DNA of 64,000 nt from contig CP145416.1 in NCBI GenBank assembly GCA_036867785.1, positions 682,001 to 746,000 on the forward strand, read 5' to 3'. This document shows positions 13,673-24,479 of the stretch, one piece after another. Made by a program: the position numbers and the translations under genes. Under the pieces are notes generated by a model. It was not told the origin of the DNA, searched no databases, and worked only from the letters and a program-made list of their open reading frames with translations. The DNA comes from Plasmodiophora brassicae (lineage: Eukaryota). Position 1 is the first letter of the stretch. Each line of letters begins with the position of its first letter.

Positions 13673-13967
13673 CGCGCCGCTGGCGTCCGTCACAATCGTG
13701 TCCGCCGTCACCAACCGGGTCGCAACCTTTCATGTCAGGCAAGCAGGACTTGTACCTGCGCTGCTTGATTTGTGCTGACGGGCTGCTTATCCAGGTGTTA
13801 GGGTTGGCAGGTGATACACGTTGCCCACGGATTTGGGCTGGCAAGCAACACTGGGAGCTGCAGACTGACTTGCGCAGCAGACGCGCTCCCGCGTCATGAG
13901 CGCCGCCATCCGAGTAGGGCGCGCGGTGACTGCGGTCCGCAGCGGCGACGTCATTGCTGGCGCCGCC

Positions 13968-15694
13968 ATGAACAAGTCGTTCTACAGGCGGACGCTGCCC
14001 GAGCCACCCGCCATTGCGTTCTCGTCGGCACAGGGGCGTCAGGTATTCCTGCGGGCAACGCAGAGCGGCCACATGGAGCGCTTCTTTCCGTTGTGTGAGC
14101 AGGTGCTGTCATTAAACTGTTGTTGTCCGGCCCTCGTGTTGATAGCGGGGGACGCAGTTCAGGACGCAGGATGAGCCGAGTTTCTGTGGCATTTCGACGC
14201 TGGCGATGGTACTAAACGCCATGGGGCAGGACCCGGGGCGAACGTGGAAGGGTACGTTTTCAGAACGTGACCTGGGGCCTGATCGAAACCGACTCGTTAC
14301 GCGCATAGGACCTTGGCGATATTTCCACGAGGACATGCTAACATGCTGTGTCCCTCTTGAAGTGGGTGTTCGCGTGCGCTCGCGAGCTGTTGTTGATACT
14401 TCTCGCCAGGTCGTCAAGGAGGAAGGCATCAACTTCAGCCAGATGGAATGCCTTGCGCGTTGCAATGCCGTACGTGTTGAAGCCTTTCGAGCTGATGATC
14501 CTACAGTGTCCATTGACGATGCAGGATGTCGTGTAATCGTTATTAATGCTCCTATTCACAGAACCGTGGACATGTTTCGTGAACGGGTGCGCGCTGCGAC
14601 GGGTATTGGCAACGAGTTTCTCGTTGTTTCATACGGGCGTGCACACCTGGGACAATCCGGGGATGGGCATTTCAGCCCCATTGGAGGGTATGACCCTTCA
14701 GAGGACCTGGTCCTGATCATGGACGTGGCACGGTTCAAGGTTGACCTGAATGTGTCGTAATCCTGTCATGAGCACCAGGTCATGTGATGCGCTTGTCCTC
14801 AGTATCCCCCGCATTGGGTGAAGTTGCCTCTCCTTTTCGAAGCCATGAAGCTACAGGACTCAACGACTGGTAGAGCCCGTAAGCGCTTATGGATCCTGAC
14901 CTCAACAGAATGGTTCATGGCATGCTGCGTCCTACATAGGAGGGTTCATGGTGCTGACAAAGGAGAACAGCAATACGCTATTATTCGTCGTCTCCACCCG
15001 CAACCGTACGTCGTGGTTGGATCTTCTTCAGAACGTAGGCAAGTATCTCAAGCCGCTATGCTCGAATGCGATCGGCCATCTGGACTGCGACGAGGGTACA
15101 GTGTCCCTGCACTGTGAGGGTTCTGGGGCGCCCACACCTTCGTAGATTCCATTGAGTCGATGGCGTCTTGCGTTGCGTCGCAGATATCACCTGACGTTAT
15201 TGGTCTTCTGGACACGTACACAAATGAGTTTGGGCTTAATTATATCACGCCAGGTACGCAGGCAGCGAATGTGTGACGGCCATGCCGATTTGACAGCCAC
15301 CTATGGTAGAGCACAAGACAAACGTCGAGGATCTCTTGAACCAGATCCGCCAGACCAGCGCATTTCAGATACTCTCAAGGTATGCATTCGACGCCATGCA
15401 CCCTTTCATGGGACAAGATCCCTCATCGCATACAGGTACCGCGAACAGATGAAGTCCACCGACCCTATTGCTGTCGAAGTCGTTACGATCCTCGTTCTGT
15501 CCCTTCCTCGGTCGACCTGGGAGGATGCGTCCGGCCATATCAGTCCATGTGCACAGCGCTTTGCCCTCCCAGAACTTCCCGAACCATTGCTCAGTGAGAC
15601 CAAGGCGCTACGTCGGCAACTCCAGGCTCTACTTGTATATTGCGATGCGGTCAATTGCTCAACAAGTTGCTGCTCCTCTGTGCAAGCCACATAA
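13968..15694 (+). CDS. PCS: Phytochelatin synthase (glutathione gamma-glutamylcysteinyltransferase); alternative in-frame ATG at 13896
   Basis: FYRRTLP, Q|FRTQDEPSFCGISTLAMVLNA (catalytic Cys), WKG|PWRYF, GHFSPIGGY (His), LIMDVARFK|YPPHWV (Asp). The C-terminus is Cys-rich. Confidence 0.95.
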
Positions 15695-15754
15695 CGTTCT
15701 CCACGACTTCATGCTGACACTATATTGAACGACGACAAATGAATTATGGTGGGT

Positions 15755-16022
15755 TCAGTAGCGCTTCAGGGCGTCTTGGCGTTCTTTGGCCAGGCGCACG
15801 TTACGGTTGTAGGTCAGCAGCGGCAGGAAGCACGCGACCGTACCAGCAAGAAGCGACAGCGTGGCAGCTGCAGAAACGGTCACGATCAACGGAAAACACG
15901 AACGGCACGCCGTACACACCGGGCTCCTTATACAACCCTTCCCGCACCATGCCCACAAACGTGACCTTGAACTGCGGCTCCTGGATGAACGTCCGCTTGA
16001 ACCATGCGGTGACCTTCGACAT
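15755..16022 (-). CDS. Small single-pass membrane protein, possibly complex I NDUFA3/NI9M-like
   Basis: Two exons give MSKVTAWFKRTFIQEPQFKVTFVGMVREGLYKEP|AATLSLLAGTVACFLPLLTYNRNVRLAKERQDALKRY*. The 'KEP + hydrophobic helix' pattern resembles NDUFA3 (weak). Confidence 0.5.
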
Positions 16023-16441
16023 TCTCGGACCGACACGACGAGCACGTACGACAGCCCCTGGCCGAACGCAAAAAATACGCGGGGGGCGCTCCACTCTGAC
16101 ACTGGACGTGTCAGGTGTATTCCCCCGTTTCTGGAAATATGAAATTCTCTAACAGCGCCTAACGCCTATAATCGACACAACGTTGCACTCCTGTCTAGCA
16201 TACCGCCATGCGGAAACAGTCTAGCGGAGCTGCGCTGTCAGTTCGACAGTACGATTGCTGACAGACGCTGTGTGTGCGTCCCAGTGCCCAGAGCTCCTTC
16301 GCGACCTTGCATAGCCTGCATCTTTGCCCGCGTTCCGGACACTTTCGTAACGGGCGCGGCACGGAACGGCTTGCCCAGGTGAGCATTTTATGTCGAAGGG
16401 AGTTGACGGTCAAGCTCAAGGCTGCCGTGTGGTATAAACAC

Positions 16442-19069
16442 TTATTCCATGAGGTTGTCCAGCGGCCCGTTGTCGTTGGCGGCGGGCTTCTGCGTCAAGC
16501 CCGGGCTGGCCAGGATCGCTTCGATGGATTTCATCCGGTCCGTTAACGCCGGCGCCTCCGTCAGCGCCTTCCCCGATATGCTGTCATCCGACATTGACGA
16601 CTTCGGCTCGTCGTCGTCGACGTCGTCGCCTTCCAGCTCCACGGCTTGGACGATCTCCTTGACGAGGTCCGGCGGGCTGATGATTTCGTCCGGGAACGAT
16701 GATCGACGTCGTCGATGACGGTCCTCGGCGACGGATCCACCGGTGCCATGAGCCGAATCCGGCGACAGCCTGCTCTCGGTAACGAGGTCAACCGCCACTG
16801 TGGATCCTTTCGACGACGTGCCGCTGAACGACTTCCGGCGCAACGATCGTGTCGACCGTTTCGCGATCCGCGGGCTGACGTCCCTCTGGTTGCGATGCCG
16901 TTCAATCGACTCGCTCAGCGCGCCTCTCGCCAATTCGCCAACAGCGGCACTCGGCCGGAGCGATGTCATGGACGGATCCGCCGCCTCTTTCCGGGTCAGA
17001 ACCGAGAACCGCTTCCTGGCGGCTGCGATCGCATCCGACCGGGTCGCCGCCGGTGCCGCCGAACTCTTGAATGGCATCAGGTTGCGGAACCGGGACGTCG
17101 CCCCTGTCTTCCCGTATGTCTTCGTGCTTTCCGCCAGCACGGTTCGCAAGGGTTTCACCACAGCGAACATCTGCGTCTGGCGATCCTCTTCCTTCATCTG
17201 TTTGATCTGCGTCAGCGTCTCGATGGCGACCTTGAACACAGCCAGGTCCGCTTTCAACGACGCCAAGTTGCGTTTGAAATTTGCCTAATCCCATGTCAGA
17301 TCCGTGTGGAGAGAGAGAGAGAGCATGTGACCGGGGCTGGTTGGTACCTTCTCGTCACTTGAGGCGTTTTCAGCCATGGCCGCTTCGTCGGCTTCATTGC
17401 GAAGCAACTTACGAATGATGTCTTCGCAGATCAGCATGAGACCTTCGTCGAGGCACTGGCCATTCAGGTACAGGGCGTCCGCGTTCGCAAATATCAACGG
17501 GCTCTCGTCCAGGAACACGAACTGTATGATGACATGGGTGAGCTCGCGAAGGTTGCCCCACTGTGGCCGCTTAATGTCGTGTCGGAACTCCTGCAGGTGA
17601 TGGGTTATCCTCGAGCAGAGCGAGAACAGGATCAGGCGCTGGACGTCGGTCGTATCGTCCGTGTTGCCGAAACAGGAGACCAGCTCCTCGAACGTGGATC
17701 GCAGTCGCACCGCCATACCCGATGGGCGGTTCTCGAAATGCCAGTTCAGCAACGTGCTCTCGGTGATGATCAGCAGACGGAACGCTCTGCCGTCTTCCGG
17801 CTGCAGGATGGCCAGACTTTCAATAAGGACAGCCTCCCATTCGCCCAGAGGGAACTGGGACGCCCGCTGCGATGCGTATAGGACCAGATCGTCCAGAAGC
17901 GCCAAGACCCGGTCGCGTTTCTCCGTCTGGGTCGCATACGCTGTGCCCCACAGGCACTGTATCAGCGATGTGATGGGCGATTCGTTGCCCGTCAAAGACA
18001 TTCGTGGCTTGGCGCCGAGGGGCTCCTCCGTCGGCGCCCGTATCCGTCCCGTTGTCAAACGCAGGGACGACTGTAGGCGATGAAGCTGACGGGTCCGGGT
18101 CGGCGTCGGCGCTGACCCGTCCGCTGGGAACACTTCGGGCCAGGGCAGCAGACGATGCGACAACGAGATGATCAGCGTCGGCTGCTCGTACGTCTGCTCG
18201 CCGAGTGTGTACGATTGTCGCAGGAAGTCACCCACGCCGTACAGCTCGTCTTCGCTGCGCCTCTTCATCGACTTCTTCTTCAGGGCGGTATCAAAGTCGA
18301 ACGTCTGGAACGCCAGGAACTTCTCGATACGCTGGGAGGGCCCCGCTTCGTTCACGTTGACGTTGAACGACGCGAACATTTTGATCAACTTCTGGTTCTT
18401 GACGGTAGCGCTGGACTCGTCGCCGCTGTTCAGGGCCCCAGAACGCGCGTAATGATCGCGAAGGTAATCCATCAGGTACCTCAGGATTGGTGTTGTCGCC
18501 GTCTTACTGCTTCGACGTCTGTCCAGGTACTTGTTGTAGTCGGTTTCCTTCGTGATCAGCTCGGCTGTTTGCAGCACCTGCTTCTTGTGCAGGTGGATGG
18601 TCAGGGTTTCCTCCACCTCCGGGAGTCGGATGATGGCTGGATTCTTCAGCGCCGCCAGCAACGCGCTTGCGTGATGAAGATTTCCCATCGTCTTACACGT
18701 TCTCATCAAGCTGATGATCCATTCGATTGCTTGGACCTGCCCCTCCGTATCTGTTCGCCGGAACGACAGAATGGCACGTTCCGCCCACAGTTCCGTGAAC
18801 TAACGGGCAACACGCGTGTCAGAAGGTGGCCGATGGGAACGATTCGGCAAAGAAGAGATTGACGGTACCTTCCAGTCGCGTAGCATGTTATAGACGGGTG
18901 CCGTCGTGTCGTTCTCGCCGACATTGGTTCCAGCTGCGGCCAGGCTAGCAGGTGTCAGCGCCGCATAGAGCGAGTTCGCCTTAAGGGCCAGCGCGTAGGC
19001 CATATCTGACGGATCGAGTTCGATCATGCGCTCGAACAGGGGCAACTTCCCCTGAGCGTAATCACCCAT
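16442..19069 (-). CDS. RasGEF (CDC25-like) domain protein with a long low-complexity C-terminus; true 5' end probably further upstream
   Basis: 'LDPSDMAYALAL...LYAALTP', 'CKTMGNLHHASALLAALKNPAIIRL' and 'DYNKY...PILRYLMDYL' follow the RasGEF catalytic domain pattern. Confidence 0.75.
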
Positions 19070-19682
19070 GATGGTGTTGTACAGCCCGATCGACTATGAT
19101 GCGATGATTCGGATTGGTCAAGGCACGAGCTTTCCTAGATATTTCCATCCACAACACAGATCTTGAGGGTACCCTGTGCGCGAGCAGCAGCTGCGCCAGG
19201 GCACTGAATGCGAGTGGTAGGAAGGCATTGGTGCCTCCATGACAGACCCGGCCAGCGTCGCATGGAACTGCCAGCGTCCACTGATTACGCAAATTAGATC
19301 TGTCTAGGGTATACACGTTGAACGTCCAGCTTCCCAACTGGACCATGACGTGGCTCTTGCAACTCCGAAATGTTGTGCGAATCAACGCAGACCTTTGGGC
19401 AAAAGCATCAATGCAGGCTTTAGCTTGCATTGGTGACTCCGCATCCGCACCAAAGCCCTTCGGCAACCCGAATCTTCTGGGCCATTAAGAACCCTAGCCA
19501 GCTCGGAAAATACATAGACCAGAGGGTAGCCGTCAGACGAAGGGTCCGCATGCCGCTTGACTACAGCTATTTATGTAACTGCGCGCAGTCAGACGGAAGG
19601 CCCCGCTGCAGAGCTGCGCGGCGGCGACGTGACCGCTTGCCGCGCCCTCCGGCCATATCATTTGTAGCTGCATTGTGGAGCC

Positions 19683-21202
19683 ATGTCGTTGGCGAGATTG
19701 CTGATGCAGGTGCTGACGGTTGTTGGCGTTACTAGAATGCTACCGGCGCCGACTCTCAAGCCAGCTGACTCGCGCCGTGTGTCTGCGCTTCTGCCTCCTG
19801 ACCCTCGCACTAAGCGTTGCGAGTCATCTTCGATACGCAGTGTCGACTGGGCGCTCCCTGCACTTCCCAAGACGCCGTCTCTCCTCGCTACTCCTGAGCT
19901 TAGGAAGTACATGCTGAAAGGCCGGGCTCGGTCTTCAATGGCCTCAAGGGGCTCCTTGATATCGTTGTTGAGATCTCGCGTCTCAGTGCAGCCCGTCAAG
20001 GTAACGCCGAAGATCGCTAGCATCATCCAGGAAATGGCCAAAACAGAGCGCGACTACTTCAGACAAATCAGGTGTCTGCGAGAGGAAGTTTCCAATCCGA
20101 CGTTTGAGGTACGCATCATCTTGTAATGCCTCGCCAAGGTCTGAGTATGCGAGCCCGCCCGCAGAGCGTCGTGCTGCCCAAGAAGGTCGTCAATGACATC
20201 ATCACGGGGCACAAGGACCTTGCGCGAAAACTGAGAAAGGCTAAGGTTTCGTCCGATCCAGTTCGAGCTGTCGTCACCATCCTGTCGAAGAAGTTCAGCC
20301 TGCCGCTCACCGAATCCAGTCTGTCGATGGTATGTAGTAACGATCTGCGAGAACACCACACTGACCGGTTCCGTGCGCTTTTGCAACTGGCAGGCCCATG
20401 CGAAGTACGCTGCGTTCTTACATGATTGGAGCAAGCATTACAAAGTGGTACCTAAAGCGCAATCCGGGCGCGCATGGGAACGTGACAATTGCCTGATTCG
20501 TCCCGTGCAACGCGTTGGCAAATACTCGCTGTTCCTGGGCGACCTCCTCACAAGCCTTGCAGACGACAACGGGGCCGAGGAGGTGGAGGCTACACGGGAG
20601 AATATAACGGTAACCTACTACGTTCGATGCGTGTGTGTCTTTCATGCCGACAGTTTATGACCAAGGAATTATAGGAGGTGGTGAAGGAGGTTAACGCGTT
20701 TGTTATATTGCACGAGGAGAGACGAGCGCGAAAGATCCCGGAGAGCATCCCGTTACCTCAGTACCTACAGGGTGGGCGATTGTTGCTGCGGTCGGAGTGT
20801 GTGTCGCTCGCCGGACAGCCAAAGAGGCGATCGAAGCGTCTCGCGACCAGGCCTAACAAGTGGGACATGATACTGACGACGGACGCGTTGACTATTCTTC
20901 CGATAAGGTTCGATCGAATCGCGTCGGTCACTCTGTGGGCGATTAACGACTGCTACTGTAGCAAACGGGACACGTTCGAGCAGAAGTGGCCCACACCCGT
21001 CCGGGTGTACGACCTTTCCGATATCGACTCGCTTTCGAATCTGTGCCAACTGGATTCGTCAATCGATGTCGTTCTAGACCAGCCTGCAGGCAATGTTGGT
21101 GGACTCGGCGGTTTCCGGTTGACCTTCAAGGACCAGCGAGACTGTCAGTCGTGGTTTTCAAACATTATTGACGCCCGCAAGCAGAACGTGTCGGCTCGCT
21201 GA
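19683..21202 (+). CDS. DH-PH (Dbl-family RhoGEF) protein with possible N-terminal signal peptide
   Basis: DH motifs IIQEMAKTERDYFRQI and LIRPVQRVGKYSLFLGDLL. The PH-like C-terminus ends 'FKDQRDCQSWFSNI'. Three phase-0 GT-AG introns keep the frame. Confidence 0.8.
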
Positions 21203-21592
21203 GCCTGGACGCCTGCTCATCCTGCCTCCACGTTCCTCCCATTGCCGAAGTGAATCCAAGCGAAAGTGTACAGTAAAATTTGGAGATTCGTTGCTGTTGT
21301 CTGTATCGTCACACCCAGTGGAACAGGCGGTGCTGGCGACGGCAGTGATGCAGCGCTCATCGTTTCCTTGGCTACTTATTTGGCAACCAGCGGTCGATGC
21401 TCGTTCGGGGCAGCAACCGGAGATACCACTGCCTCCCTTGGCATTGAGCGCACCGGCCTCTCCCACCAGGACTGGATTGTCTATTCGAAACCAGATCCTG
21501 TAATGTGAACCTCGACCTGCTCATCATCGACATGCGGGCTCCGGCATGGGTCGTCCTTACAGAGCCGTGTGCGGCGATGGATCAGACATCCG

Positions 21593-21659
21593 GGTGGGCG
21601 CACCTCCAGGTTCGCCAACTAATTTCCAATTAGTTGGCGAACCTGGACGTGCGCGCACC
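21593..21659. repeat. Inverted repeat/hairpin: 32-bp arms, 3-nt loop, plus a third partial arm at 21681-21704
   Basis: ggtgggcgcacctccaggttcgccaactaatt-tcc-aattagttggcgaacctggacgtgcgcgcacc, with two mismatches between the arms. Confidence 0.95.
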
Positions 21660-21865
21660 TGTAGGTTTCAACATGTGACTGGGTGGGCGCACCTCCAGGT
21701 TCGCGCCCTTGAAATGAAAACCCGCTGGGTCTGTGCCAGTGTGCCATCCTGTGGCTGTCCAGAGCGCATTTCTTCATCAGCGTCCGACGTGGCTCAGTTA
21801 CGCCCGCGGCTGCTCAGAACGTATTTCGTCTGCCGCGTAAGACAGTGCACGCGTACGCTCGTCCC

Positions 21866-22507
21866 ATGTCGGAAGTCAGTCGTCCCGCGAAACCGAAGCC
21901 CAAGCCCACCTTATACCGGCACCGCAGCGCGAAAGCCACGCGCGAGGTCAAGGACACGGCGCACGAGTACGACGACATGCGCGGTGTCAAGGACACGGCT
22001 CACGAGTACGATGACATGCTAAGTGTCAAGGACACGGCTCACGAGTACGATGACATGCTAAGTGTCAAGGACACGGCGCACGAGTGCGATGACATGCTAA
22101 GTGTCAGGGACACGGCGCACGAGTACGATGACATGCTAAGCGTCAAGGACACGGCGCACGAGTATGTCAACAGCTTCAAGAAGGTAAATAACGTCTACCC
22201 GTGCCGCACGGTGAACGTCATGGGCGAGGTCAAGGATATGGATGCGAAACCGAAGTTCGAGCCCGCCGTCTACCCTTGCCGGAGCATGAACGTCATGGGC
22301 AAGGTCAAGGACACGGCCGACGAGTACGACGATGGCTTCAAGAAGATGCAGAGCAAGGCCATGTTCCGGGTCATTAGCGAGGACCTCGCATCACAGTTAA
22401 AAAACCGACTGGACCTGTTCAACCTGCAGAGCGAACTCACCGCGCACAACGACCTGATCATGGAAATCGGCCCTAACGGTGAAAAACCCGACGTCGACCT
22501 GCTCTAA
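21866..22507 (+). CDS. Orphan protein, repeat-expanded paralog (213 aa)
   Basis: Intact ATG-TAA ORF with GC3-rich codons, paralogous to 23146-23424. Confidence 0.6.
   Translation: MSEVSRPAKPKPKPTLYRHRSAKATREVKDTAHEYDDMRGVKDTAHEYDDMLSVKDTAHEYDDMLSVKDTAHECDDMLSVRDTAHEYDDMLSVKDTAHEYVNSFKKVNNVYPCRTVNVMGEVKDMDAKPKFEPAVYPCRSMNVMGKVKDTADEYDDGFKKMQSKAMFRVISEDLASQLKNRLDLFNLQSELTAHNDLIMEIGPNGEKPDVDLL
21947..22166 (+). repeat. 39-bp coding tandem repeat, ~5.6 copies (VKDTAHEYDDMLS)
   Basis: Unit gtcaaggacacggcgcacgagtacgatgacatgctaagt starts at 21947, 21986, 22025, 22064, 22103 and 22142 (partial). Confidence 0.97.
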
Positions 22508-22616
22508 CCGAACGTTCCCATAAAGATCACGGTTTCCACTCCAGTGAATCTTCCTACTGAGGCTAATGTCATCAGCACCCCGAATGATCATAAGGGCAAC
22601 CAAGTGGTCCCCTGTT

Positions 22617-22958
22617 ATGTTGAAGCGGCCTCCACCGGTGCACGACAGGTCGAGGGGAAAGCGCGCGCGCGCCAGTGCTCGCGACGATCGCGAGCACAGG
22701 TTTGTGGCGACCACGGGACGGCTCTGGGTCCGGGGCCGCCACCATGCAAGGGCTGGTCGCGTCGATCGTCGAGACGGATGGGGCGCTGCGTTCGGCGCAG
22801 ACGAAGCTGGACGGCAAGCGGATGATGCTCGAGAACCTGGTTCGCGAGGTATCGGCCAGCGAACAGCGACGTCGCCAGGTCAAATCGGCGCTGTCGAACC
22901 GATCGGCCCTGAGCAACAGGCAAATGCGGAAGCTGGGGATGCTCGATGTCGACCGCAA
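22617..22958 (+). pseudogene. Truncated, internally deleted duplicate of the POP4 5' half
   Basis: Near-identical to 23565-23951 but lacks the segment encoding ENEAVLYMELDAGIME, which shifts the frame. Similarity stops at the duplication junction. Confidence 0.85.
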
Positions 22959-23145
22959 TGTCCTTACAGGGCCGTGTTTGCGATGGATCAGACATCTGTG
23001 ACTGGGTCTGTTCCAGTGTGGCACCCTGTTGGTGTTTACTTCCAGAGCTCATTTCTTCAGAAGCGTCCGACGGGGATCAGATACGCCAGCGGCTGCCCAG
23101 AACGTATTCCGTCTGGCGCATTACACAGTGCTCGAGCGCTCGCCC

Positions 23146-23424
23146 ATGTCGGACGTCAGTCGTCCCGCGAAGCAGAAGTTCAAGCCCGCCGACTACCCGT
23201 GTCGCAATGTCAACACCACGGGCGAGGTCAAGGATACGACCGACGACTACGACGACGGCTTCAAGAAGATGGAGAACAAGGCTATGTCCCGGATCGTCAG
23301 CGAAGGCCTCGCCGCACAGTTGAAAACCCGATTCGACCTGCAGGCCGGCGAACTCCCAGCGCGCGGCGACCTGATCATTGAACCCGACCCTACCGGGGAC
23401 AAACCCGAACTCGACCTGCTCTAA
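23146..23424 (+). CDS. Orphan 92-aa protein (unexpanded paralog)
   Basis: MSDVSRPAKQKFKPADYPCRNVNTTGEVKDTTDDYDDGFKKM...KPELDLL*. The frame is conserved between the two copies. Confidence 0.6.
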   Translation: MSDVSRPAKQKFKPADYPCRNVNTTGEVKDTTDDYDDGFKKMENKAMSRIVSEGLAAQLKTRFDLQAGELPARGDLIIEPDPTGDKPELDLL

Positions 23425-23564
23425 TCGAACGTTCCCATAAAGATCACATTCACCACTCCAGCGAACCTTCCTACTGATGCTCCTGTCATCAGTGACGCAC
23501 TCCAACCAGCGTGTGCGGGTGCAGTCGCGCATTTTCCGCTACGGCGCGCTTCAGGTCGCCTGCC

Positions 23565-24461
23565 ATGTCGAAGCGGCCTGCGCCGCCGCACGACAGGACA
23601 AGTGGAAAGCGCACGCGCGCCAGTGCTGGCGACGATCGCCAGCACTGGTCGGTGGCGACCACGGAGAATGAGGCGGTGCTGTATATGGAGCTGGACGCTG
23701 GCATCATGGAGAGCGCCGGTTCCGGGGCCACCACCACAATGCAAGGGCTGGTCGCGTCGATCGTCGAGACGGATGGGGCGCTGCGTTCGGCGCAGACGAA
23801 GCTGGAGGGCAAGCGGGTAATGCTCGAGAACCCGGTTCGCGAGGTATCGGCCGGCGAACAGCGACGTCGCCAGGTCAAATCGGCGCTGTCGAACCGATCG
23901 ATCCTGAGCAACAGGCAAATGCGGAAGCTGGGGATGCTCGATGTCGACCGCAAAGAGATCAAGTACGACCTGTTCGTTCCCATCCATCAGCTCTGGCTGC
24001 AGTACTTTCAGCAAACGACGGCGGACTCGACAGCGTGCGTTCTGGGACTATACAGTGCCAGCATCGGATGACTCTATCTGACTGGGCGCCCTGATGTCAC
24101 AGCGCAAGCGTTCTCCAGTCGAAGCTTATGAAGGCAGATCTTCACGGTGCCATTATTGTTGTCATCCGGAGCCGGTGCCCGTCGTTGATCGGGCAACGCG
24201 GAATCGTCTATCGTGAGACGCAGTATACATTCCAGATCGTAACGTCGACGAACGCAACGAAAGGTAGGTGCCTCTTGGATCCGTCGTCCTGGAGATTCTA
24301 AATGTTGGAGCATGGCCCCAGTTCTTCCCAAGCAGCACAGTGTGTTCGGCGTCGTTGCGCAAGGGTGCCTGCTGGAGATATTCGGCAACAACTTCCTCTA
24401 TCGGCCTAGCGAACGCAGCGCTCGAAAGTACAAAGCGCATGGCAAATCTCTCCGCCTATAA
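23565..24461 (+). CDS. POP4: RNase P/MRP subunit POP4/RPP29
   Basis: KYDLFVPIHQLWLQY, KLMKADLHGAIIVVIRSRCPSLIGQRGIVYRETQYTF and K|VLPKQHSVF...IFGNNFLYRPSERSARKYK. Confidence 0.93.
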
Positions 24462-24479
24462 TGTTATTAGTACACCGCA

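Larger units (their letters stand above)
21553..23951 (+). repeat. Direct tandem segmental duplication (unit A ~21553-22958; unit B ~22960-23951)
   Basis: Both units start gtccttacag.gccgtgt...gatggatcagacatc. Both carry the orphan ORF ending 'gacctgctctaa' and share the POP4 5' region up to 'gatgtcgaccgcaa'. Confidence 0.92.

Noticed and set aside
19658-20041. Antisense ORF with a lipoprotein-like leader (MMLAIFGVTLTGC)
   Set aside because: It lies opposite DH-PH exon 1, has no recognisable domain, and lipoprotein signals are not meaningful in this eukaryotic context.
21947-22166. 39-bp repeats as a CRISPR array
   Set aside because: The units are head-to-tail with no unique spacers, are an in-frame multiple of 3, have no cas genes nearby, and sit in a eukaryotic context.
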